Positions 1-8,890 of a stretch of DNA of 64,000 nucleotides are shown in pieces. The notes beneath the pieces were generated by a model. The model made no database searches. It was not told the origin of the DNA and worked only from the letters and a program-made list of their open reading frames with translations. Source of the DNA: Bacteroidota bacterium (lineage in GTDB: Bacteria > Bacteroidota > Bacteroidia > UKL13-3); contig CANGPW010000002.1 in NCBI GenBank assembly GCA_947456185.1, forward strand, positions 2,019 through 66,018. Reading direction: 5' to 3'. Numbering within the stretch: position 1 is the stretch's first letter; each line of letters starts with the position of its first letter. A program made the position numbers and the translations under genes.

Positions 1-62
1 TATGAAGTATGAATGTTAAAGTTTGAAAAAAATAAAAAAATTCATAATTCATACTTTATACT
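1..62. repeat. word-repeat hairpin (tatgaagtatgaatg ... A-rich spacer ... ttcataattcatactttatactt)
   Basis: Inverted arms 1-15 and 41-62 of the catacttcat word family. May continue left of the window. Confidence 0.7.
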
Positions 63-86
63 TAATAATTAATAAAAAAAAAAAGT

Positions 87-452
87 ATGAATTATGTAAA
101 TGATAATAAACCAGAACCTATTAAGGAAAGGAGCTTTAGATTTGCAGTTGAAATAGTAAAATTCTGTATCGATTTAAAATTATTAAAACATTTTGAAATT
201 GCCAATCAATTAATAAGAACTGGAACATCGATTGGAGCTAATATTCGAGAAGCAAATAATGGTTTTAGTAAAAAGGATTTTGTTTTTAAAATGAGTATTG
301 CCCAAAAAGAAGCTGATGAAACCATATATTGGTTAGAAATAATCAATGAAATTGAAAACAACAACGACAAAACTACTTATCTAATTAAAGAAGCAAACGA
401 ATTACTTAAAATTATCCGATCCATTTCAATCAATGCAAAGAAAAATCTGTAA
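87..452 (+). CDS. four-helix-bundle protein (23S rRNA intervening-sequence protein / Avd-like family)
   Basis: 121-aa ORF. Motifs FRFAVEIVKF, LIRTGTSIGANIREA and KDFVFKMSIAQKEADETIYWLEI fit the S23 IVS four-helix-bundle family as I remember it. Confidence 0.85.
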   Translation: MNYVNDNKPEPIKERSFRFAVEIVKFCIDLKLLKHFEIANQLIRTGTSIGANIREANNGFSKKDFVFKMSIAQKEADETIYWLEIINEIENNNDKTTYLIKEANELLKIIRSISINAKKNL

Positions 453-462
453 AATATTCTTT

Positions 463-509
463 CATAATTTATACTTCATAATTTATACTTCATAATTTAT
501 ACTTCATAA
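463..509 (+). repeat. tandem repeat, 14-nt unit cataatttatactt x3 plus a partial unit
   Basis: Read directly from the sequence. The array ends 1 nt before the DegT ATG. Confidence 0.9.
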
Positions 510-510
510 A

Positions 511-1770
511 ATGAAAATACAAATGGTAGACCTCAAAGGTCAATATAAGAAAATAAAAGCTGAAGTTGATGCTGGAATCCAAGAAGTAATTGAAAATGTT
601 CAATTCATTAAAGGTCCACAAATAAAAGTATTTGAAGAAAACTTGGCAATATACTTAAATGTAAAACATGTAATAAGTTGTGCCAACGGAACTGATGCAT
701 TGCAAATTGCTATGATGGCATTGGATTTAAAACCTGGCGATGAGGTAATTTTACCTGTTTTTACTTACGTTGCCACAGCAGAAGTAATTGCCTTATTGGG
801 TTTAACTCCAGTAATGGTAGATGTGGATCCTGATACATTTTGCATTGATACAAATTTGATTGAATCAAAAATAACGCACAAAACTAAAGCCATCGTTCCT
901 GTACATTTGTTTGGTCAGTGCGCCAATATGGATGAAATCATGCGAATTGCAGATAAGCATAACCTATTTGTTATAGAAGACACTGCTCAAGCTTTGGGAG
1001 CAATTTATAATTATGAAGTAGAAATTATGAAGTATGAAAAAAAAGAAAATACCTTCATTCATAATTCATCATTCATAACTCATACTTATTCGGCAGGAAC
1101 AATAGGAAACATTGGAACCACTTCATTTTTTCCATCAAAAAATCTTGGTTGTTATGGAGATGGTGGAGCATTAATGACCAATGATGATGAGTTAGCAAAA
1201 AAAATCAGGATGATTTGTAACCATGGACAGTCTGTTCAATATGTGCATGATATAATTGGAGTTAACTCAAGGTTAGACAGCATACAAGCAGCAGTGCTAA
1301 ATGCTAAATTACCTCATTTGAAAAGTTATGAAACAGCCAGAAACGAAGCAGCAAATTTGTACGATGAATTATTGAGTAATCATCCAAATATTATTATTCC
1401 AAAACGCTATGCACAAAGTTCGCATGTTTTTCATCAGTACACAATAAAAATTATAAATGATGAATTATTTAATGAAAATAAAAAAATTCATCCTTCATCA
1501 TTACCCAATGTGTCGGAAATTCATACTTCATTCAGAGATAAAATTCGTAAGCATTTAGCGGAACGTAATATTCCAAGTATGGTTTACTACCCAATTGAAT
1601 TAAACAAACAAAAAGCATTTGAAAAATTCAATAGTAATAATGATCAATTCCCTGTTTCAAAAATGCTTTGTAAATCTGTTTTATCATTACCAATGCATAC
1701 TGAAATGAATAAAGATATGGTAGTATACATTTGCAAAAATTTATTGGAAATTATTGACACAGAATTTTAA
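511..1770 (+). CDS. DegT/DnrJ/EryC1/StrS-family PLP-dependent sugar aminotransferase, with two extra in-frame segments
   Basis: 419-aa ORF. Motifs: MVDLKGQY start, CANGTDALQIA, EDTAQALGA, Schiff-base lysine region TTSFFPSKNLG, NHGQ, GVNSRLDSIQAAVL. About 40-50 aa longer than typical family members because of repeat-derived inserts. Confidence 0.9.
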   Translation: MKIQMVDLKGQYKKIKAEVDAGIQEVIENVQFIKGPQIKVFEENLAIYLNVKHVISCANGTDALQIAMMALDLKPGDEVILPVFTYVATAEVIALLGLTPVMVDVDPDTFCIDTNLIESKITHKTKAIVPVHLFGQCANMDEIMRIADKHNLFVIEDTAQALGAIYNYEVEIMKYEKKENTFIHNSSFITHTYSAGTIGNIGTTSFFPSKNLGCYGDGGALMTNDDELAKKIRMICNHGQSVQYVHDIIGVNSRLDSIQAAVLNAKLPHLKSYETARNEAANLYDELLSNHPNIIIPKRYAQSSHVFHQYTIKIINDELFNENKKIHPSSLPNVSEIHTSFRDKIRKHLAERNIPSMVYYPIELNKQKAFEKFNSNNDQFPVSKMLCKSVLSLPMHTEMNKDMVVYICKNLLEIIDTEF

Positions 1771-1800
1771 TTCAAAATATTCGTAGAGTCTTAAAATTAT

Positions 1801-2109
1801 CTAGCCATTGCAAGCATCCTCGCTAGCAATATATGGTTAGAGACGTTGCATTGCAAGGTCTTTTTTTTGTTTAAAAGTTAGTTTCCTACCCTCATTTCGA
1901 CAAGCTCAATGACCGTTGTAATTTCAGTCATTTCGAGCGTAGTCGAGAAATAACAAACAAGTTCTCGACTAAGCTCGAACTGACATACCTAGCAGGTTTG
2001 GATTTGCAATCCAAATCATTTAGTTGAACTGAGATTGATGAAAACACACAACCTCGGGCAAAGATCCACCCCGTCAGTTAGCCAACTGACAACCCTCAAG
2101 AGAGGAATT
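1801..2109 (+). repeat. multi-hairpin module, copy A (extended form: terminator + core 1886-2109)
   Basis: Near-identical by eye to 3079-3374 and, from 1886 on, to 5236-5458. Contains hairpins H0 (1927-1984) to H5. Confidence 0.9.
1842..1868 (+). terminator. intrinsic terminator after the DegT gene (part of module copy A)
   Basis: gacgttg-cattg-caaggtc hairpin followed by T8. Confidence 0.6.
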
Positions 2110-2385
2110 ACATACTTCATCATTCATAAATCTCATATCACACTTCTCATCTCTCAATTCAAAATTTATACTTCATCAATTATAATTAGATTGCTTTCCC
2201 GCTTAGGCTGGACAGGCAGTGCCTCGCAATGACGGGTAAATTTAAATCTTTTTTCATACTTCATCATTCATACTTTCCCAATTTGTTGGGACTTTATACT
2301 TCATAATTTTCAATTCATCATTCCCAAAATTTTAGTCCATTATCGTTTATTTAGGTATTTTTATTTTATAGAAGTTTAACTACAT

Positions 2386-3021
2386 TTGTATGTGGGAACC
2401 AATTTAAAATATGAATTACACAATGTCATTTCAGGAAAGAGCCAAGTTAGGCATGGAGGAATTATCCAAACAATTGCCAATTACCTTAACCAAGGCGCGA
2501 GAACAAGCCCAAAAACTGAATATAGCAAGCAATACAAAGCTGAAGAAACAGAGAGGTTAAAGCTATTTATTGAAGGAAATAATCTCTGGGTTGAGATAGA
2601 TTTAAATCAATATGTGAGTGAAGGTGCCGAGCAAAAAGTTTATTTGAAAGACACCGCATCTGTTTATAAGCTGAATGATTCAATATACTATGCCAGTTGG
2701 CATGATTATTTCATTAACTTATTACTACATAATTTTTTTTTCTCGGATACTGCCTATCAATTAATTGGATTTGCAAAAGTGGAAGATGTTTTATTTGCAG
2801 TAGTGGAACAAGCCTTTGTGATCAATACTGAATCAACAGATTTAAATCGGGTAAGGCGCTTTCTGTCAGAAAATGGTTTTCAAAATATAAAGAACAACGA
2901 CTACTACAATCCTAGTTTAGGTATTATTATTGAAGATTTACATGATGAAAACGTATTGACTAAAAACAATATTTTATACTTTATTGATACTGTATTTTAT
3001 ATCACAGAGAATTTTCATTAA
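2386..3021 (+). CDS. hypothetical protein with protein-kinase-like motifs (small atypical kinase fold?)
   Basis: 211-codon ORF with a non-ATG start (TTG 2386 or GTG 2392). Gly-rich SEGAEQKVY followed by VYK, D184-LHDE-N189 (D-x4-N) and D201 in FIDT, spaced like the catalytic loop and metal-binding Asp of protein kinases. Own terminator at 3033-3055. Confidence 0.55.
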   Translation: MYVGTNLKYELHNVISGKSQVRHGGIIQTIANYLNQGARTSPKTEYSKQYKAEETERLKLFIEGNNLWVEIDLNQYVSEGAEQKVYLKDTASVYKLNDSIYYASWHDYFINLLLHNFFFSDTAYQLIGFAKVEDVLFAVVEQAFVINTESTDLNRVRRFLSENGFQNIKNNDYYNPSLGIIIEDLHDENVLTKNNILYFIDTVFYITENFH

Positions 3022-3032
3022 TTAGTTTTTTG

Positions 3033-3055
3033 TCCCAACTCGTTTGGGATTTTTT
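3033..3055 (+). terminator. intrinsic terminator after the kinase-like ORF
   Basis: tcccaa-ctcgt-ttggga hairpin followed by tttttt. Confidence 0.65.
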
Positions 3056-3078
3056 GTATAAAGTAGTGTAGTGATTTT

Positions 3079-3374
3079 CTAGCCATTGCAGGCGTCCTCG
3101 CCAGTAATATTTATAGAGACGTTGGCATTGCAACGTTTTTTTGTTTAAAATTTAGTTTACTACCCTCATTTCGACAAGCTCAATGACAGTTGTAATTTCA
3201 TTCATTTCGAGCGTAGTCGAGAAATAACAAACAAGTTCTCGACTAAGCTCGAACTGACGGTTTGGATTTGCAATCCAAATCATTTATTTGAACTTGAGGT
3301 TGATGAAAACACACAACCTCGGGGAAAGTTCCACCCCGTCAGTTAGCCAACTGACAACCCTCAAGAGAGGAATT
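3079..3374 (+). repeat. multi-hairpin module, copy B (extended form; core 3160-3374)
   Basis: Direct repeat of copy A. Lacks the 10-nt atacctagca segment between H0 and H1. Confidence 0.9.
3119..3142 (+). terminator. second terminator-like hairpin (part of module copy B)
   Basis: acgttg-gcattg-caacgt followed by T7. Confidence 0.55.
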
Positions 3375-3513
3375 ACATACTCCAAAATTTATCATTCATA
3401 CTTCACCTACTTTGAATTTTTGTTACTCCGCATTTCGCACTTTCCTCAAAATTCATCATTCATAATTCATAATTTAGCCCTACATTCGCCCCTTTTAAAA
3501 AAGTAAATAATAA

Positions 3514-5145
<1,632 letters not shown>

Positions 5146-5168
5146 TTTTTTAAATCATCAATATAAAA

Positions 5169-5197
5169 GCCAAATGTGAAAACGTTTGGCTTTTTTT
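5169..5197 (+). terminator. intrinsic terminator after the ABC-F gene
   Basis: gccaaa-tgtgaaaacg-tttggc followed by T7. Confidence 0.75.
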
Positions 5198-5235
5198 GTT
5201 TTATAACCATTCATCTGATATTAGCTATTGGCACA

Positions 5236-5458
5236 CTACCTCATTTCACAAGCTCAATGACCGTTGTAATTTCAGTCATTTCGAGCGTAGTCGAGAAATA
5301 ACAAACAAGTTCTCGACTACACTCGAACTGACATACCTGGCCGGTTTGGATTTGCAATCCAAATCATTTATTTGAACTTGAGGTTGGTGAAAACACACAA
5401 CCTCGGGGAAAGTTTTACCCCGTCAGTTAGCCAACTGACACCCCTCAAGAGGGGAATT
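5236..5458 (+). repeat. multi-hairpin module, copy C (core only)
   Basis: Same order of hairpins H0-H5 as copies A and B, with single-base differences. Confidence 0.9.
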
Positions 5459-5655
5459 TACTTCGAAATACTTTTATACTTTATACTTTCCCGATGTGTC
5501 GGGATTTCATCATTTCTCAGTGCTCATCTCTCATGTCTGGATTCGGCAAGCTCACCAAGACAAAATCTATTCATCTTTACCACTTCATCATTTATACTTC
5601 ATACTTTATAATTCATAATTCATTCTTATCTTGCCAGCCCAATATTTAACATTGA

Positions 5656-6711
5656 ATGGCAGAAAAATTTGAAATAGAAACTACTCAATTAGAAAAAGTT
5701 TCGGTGCATCAAGTAGGGAATAAAACCAATAACGAAGACCTCATTATATCGAAGGATTTGTTGGATTTAAGCGATGGGAAATTGAAAGATTTATTGATGA
5801 AATTTTTCGTTTCATCGTTCAATAATCCTGAGTTTTATAACTTCAGTTTTAGCAATAACGATTTTACTTTGAACCCTATTTATAGTTATGCTTTGCAAAT
5901 GTTTGAACATGGCAGTGCTTTTCATATCAATAGCATCCATATTGCAAAACATTTATTTGAACTTTCTACTCATCCACAAATAAAAAGTGGTGATTTGTTT
6001 ATTGCTTATTTTGCCAATATTCAAGTGGAAGATGAAGACGTGGAAGCCATTGGAATTTTTAAATCGGAAAACAAATACGACTTTTTAAAATTGAACCAAA
6101 GCAATAACGTTTTTGATGTAAGTTATAATGATGGAATTAACATAGATAAGCTGGACAAAGGTTGTTTAATATTTAACACCAATGCCGATCAAGGTTATAA
6201 AGTTTGTATCATTGACAAAGGAAATAAAGGCAACGAAGCACAATATTGGAAAGATAGTTTTTTACAACTAAAACCTTGTAGCAATAATTATAACCACACC
6301 AAAGAGTTTATGAATATTGCCAAAAACTTTGTGACTAAACAATTGAACGAAGAGTTTGAAGTTAGCAAAGCTGACCAAATAGATTACTTGAACCGCTCAG
6401 TAGATTATTTTAAAACCAACGATACTTTTGACAAAAAAGAATTTGAACAAGCTGTGTTTAAAGATGAAGGAGTAATAGAATCGTTCCGCACCTTTGATGA
6501 AGCATACCGAGTGAGCAATGAATTGGATATTTCCGATAGTTTTGATATATCGAGTCAGGCGGTAAAAAAGCAAGCCAGAATTTTTAAAAGCGTGCTTAAA
6601 TTAGATAAGAATTTCCATATTTATATTCACGGAAACCGAAATCTTATTGAACAAGGAGTGGAAGAAGATGGACGTAAGTTTTATAAAATATATTTTAAAG
6701 AAGAGGAGTAA
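5656..6711 (+). CDS. nucleoid-associated protein, NdpA/YejK-like family
   Basis: 351 aa. The N-terminal LEKVSVHQVGNKTNNE motif and overall length are typical of Bacteroidota NdpA-like proteins. Confidence 0.7.
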   Translation: MAEKFEIETTQLEKVSVHQVGNKTNNEDLIISKDLLDLSDGKLKDLLMKFFVSSFNNPEFYNFSFSNNDFTLNPIYSYALQMFEHGSAFHINSIHIAKHLFELSTHPQIKSGDLFIAYFANIQVEDEDVEAIGIFKSENKYDFLKLNQSNNVFDVSYNDGINIDKLDKGCLIFNTNADQGYKVCIIDKGNKGNEAQYWKDSFLQLKPCSNNYNHTKEFMNIAKNFVTKQLNEEFEVSKADQIDYLNRSVDYFKTNDTFDKKEFEQAVFKDEGVIESFRTFDEAYRVSNELDISDSFDISSQAVKKQARIFKSVLKLDKNFHIYIHGNRNLIEQGVEEDGRKFYKIYFKEEE

Positions 6712-6901
6712 ACGTGCTTTGTAAGTTTAAAATGCGAAGTGCGAAGTGACAAAAATGCGAAGTGAATGAAATGCCTGAATTGGCAATGGGCAAATAGCAA
6801 TAAGCAATTGACAATTTTCTTCATTATTAACTTAATCATTTGAATTTTACTTCGCAATCGAAATTCCGCACTTCGCAATCAGAAAATAATTTCGCACTTC
6901 G

Positions 6902-8050
6902 TTAGAACAATTTATTCTTATACGTAGGTGTAAATCCTAAATGTTGGTATGCTTTTTCGGTGGCTTCTCGTCCGCGAGGTGTGCGCATCAAAAATCCTTC
7001 TTGAATTAAATAAGGTTCATAAACTTCTTCTATTGTTCCACCATCTTCACCAATGGCAGTTGCCAAAGTATTTAATCCAACAGGTCCGCCTTTGAACTTT
7101 TCAATCAAGGTTTTTAAAATCCTGGAATCCATTTCATCTAAACCTTCACTGTCTACGTTCAATGCATTTAAGGCAAATTGAGCAATTTCTAAAGTGATTG
7201 TTCCATCGCTTTTTACTTGTGCAAAATCACGGGTTCTTCGCAATAAAGCATTCCCAATTCTGGGCGTTCCTCTACTCCTACGTGCAATTTCCCATGCGGC
7301 CTCTTCATCAATGATGGAATTCATAATGGTAGAGCTACGCTCAATAATGGTTTTCATTAAAGCTTTGTCGTAATACTGCAAACGAGCGTTAATTCCAAAC
7401 CTAGCACGCAAAGGAGAAGTTAATAATCCGGAACGAGTGGTTGCACCAATTAAAGTAAATGGTTCTATTTCTAACTGAATACTGCGCGCATTTGGCCCGC
7501 TATCAATCATAATATCTATTTTATAATCTTCCATAGCCGAATATAAAAACTCTTCCACTACCGGACTTAAACGATGTATTTCATCAATAAAAAGTACATC
7601 GCCTTTTTCTAAATTAGTTAATAAACCTGCTAAGTCACCCGCTTTTTCTAAAACAGGGCCACTTGTTGTTTTTATATTTGCGCCTAACTCGTTGGCTATA
7701 ATTATACTTAAAGTAGTTTTTCCCAATCCAGGAGGGCCATGCAAAAGCACATGATCCAATGATTCGCCACGTTGTTTGGCAGCTTGAACAAATATTTTTA
7801 AATTCTCAATGGTTTTTTCCTGACCTGTAAAATCATCAAATAATCGTGGACGTAACACACGCTCCAATTCTTTGTCAACATTGGTTAAATTACTTTCTTC
7901 AGGATCTAAATTTGGATTTCTCACAAGGGCGAATATAGTATTTTTTTCTTTTTGGTGAAAAGGATGATGAGTTGATGGAGTTGTTGATGTGTTGAGGTGT
8001 TGAGGTGTTTGAGTGTTGAGGTGTTTATGTGTTGAGGTGCTTATTGCCAA
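6902..8050 (-). CDS. ruvB: Holliday junction branch migration DNA helicase RuvB (true start probably GTG at 7924)
   Basis: [13 protein letters not shown], Walker [10 protein letters not shown], Walker [22 protein letters not shown]. The first 42 codons of the ORF are encoded by tandem word repeats. Confidence 0.95.
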   Translation of the reverse strand: MAISTSTHKHLNTQTPQHLNTSTTPSTHHPFHQKEKNTIFALVRNPNLDPEESNLTNVDKELERVLRPRLFDDFTGQEKTIENLKIFVQAAKQRGESLDHVLLHGPPGLGKTTLSIIIANELGANIKTTSGPVLEKAGDLAGLLTNLEKGDVLFIDEIHRLSPVVEEFLYSAMEDYKIDIMIDSGPNARSIQLEIEPFTLIGATTRSGLLTSPLRARFGINARLQYYDKALMKTIIERSSTIMNSIIDEEAAWEIARRSRGTPRIGNALLRRTRDFAQVKSDGTITLEIAQFALNALNVDSEGLDEMDSRILKTLIEKFKGGPVGLNTLATAIGEDGGTIEEVYEPYLIQEGFLMRTPRGREATEKAYQHLGFTPTYKNKLF

Positions 8051-8055
8051 TTAAT

Positions 8056-8646
8056 TTAAGTCAACTGATCAAGCGGAATCCTTGGCTTAATTGGTAATGC
8101 TTTGTATTCACTTACCGAATAAGTTGTAATTTGTTTGAACTGATTACTTAAATATTGCACGCTGCTATAACCCATTTGATAAGAAATTTCACTCAATGTC
8201 ATTTCATTATAACTAAGCAATTCTTTTACTCTTTCAATTTTTACAAGAATAATATATTTTTCTAATGTTAAATGTGTTTTATCACTGAACAGTTTACTTA
8301 AAAAAGTATAGGAATGTGCTAATTTATCACTCAAATAATCTGAATTTCTAATCAACGAATTTAAATTATTTCCATAATAAATCATTTCTAAAACAGCAAC
8401 TTTTATTGCTTCTAGCAATGCAGCATCTTTATCGTAAATTAAATCAAAACCTTTTTCTTGTAATTTTTTCTGTAATACAATTAAATCAATACTTCCTTCA
8501 TTGATTTGAATTTGCGCAGCACCCAAATATACTTTATCAATACTTATGTTAGAGGCGCTTTCCAAAATATTTTGCACCTGTGCAATACACCTTGAACTTA
8601 CCATGTTCCTTATTTGTAAAATAATATTTTTATTATCGCTACTCAT
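8056..8646 (-). CDS. AraC-family transcriptional regulator
   Basis: C-terminal HTH_18-like region (LSEISYQMGYSSVQYLSNQFKQITTYSVSEYK). The N-terminal ~70 aa look like a ferredoxin-like/HMA-like domain without CxxC. Confidence 0.8.
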   Translation of the reverse strand: MSSDNKNIILQIRNMVSSRCIAQVQNILESASNISIDKVYLGAAQIQINEGSIDLIVLQKKLQEKGFDLIYDKDAALLEAIKVAVLEMIYYGNNLNSLIRNSDYLSDKLAHSYTFLSKLFSDKTHLTLEKYIILVKIERVKELLSYNEMTLSEISYQMGYSSVQYLSNQFKQITTYSVSEYKALPIKPRIPLDQLT

Positions 8647-8890
8647 TTACCCTTTGCAATTAAATCATAAAAAATGAAAAAAATAAACTATTGTAAATTG
8701 TTACCTAAATTATACAATTTGTAATATAAAACACCGTTTCATTGTGGTTAAAGATAGTATTCAAATGATGATTTATTTGTCAATAAATCTTCACTTTTCT
8801 ATCAACTAAAAAAAATGTGAGTTTTCTGTTCAATAAAATCACAAAAGGTTTAAATGTATTTTACTAATTTGCGAACTTTGAATAATTATA

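Noticed and set aside
87-452. The Avd-like four-helix-bundle gene as part of a diversity-generating retroelement.
   Set aside because: There is no reverse transcriptase gene and no template/variable repeat pair with adenine-specific differences nearby. The downstream neighbour is an ordinary aminotransferase. The region to the left lies outside the window and cannot be excluded.
463-509. Tandem repeats (463-509, also 12557-12703 and 60476-60539) as CRISPR arrays.
   Set aside because: The units are directly adjacent with no spacers, the unit lengths (14, 73 and 17 nt) are atypical, and there are no cas genes in the window.
2381-2388. TAcaTTTG as the promoter -7 box of the kinase-like ORF.
   Set aside because: The motif matches the Bacteroidota -7 consensus, but no TTTG -33 element lies at the expected distance and it overlaps the only candidate start codons. 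It is kept as a note in the findings rather than reported as a feature.
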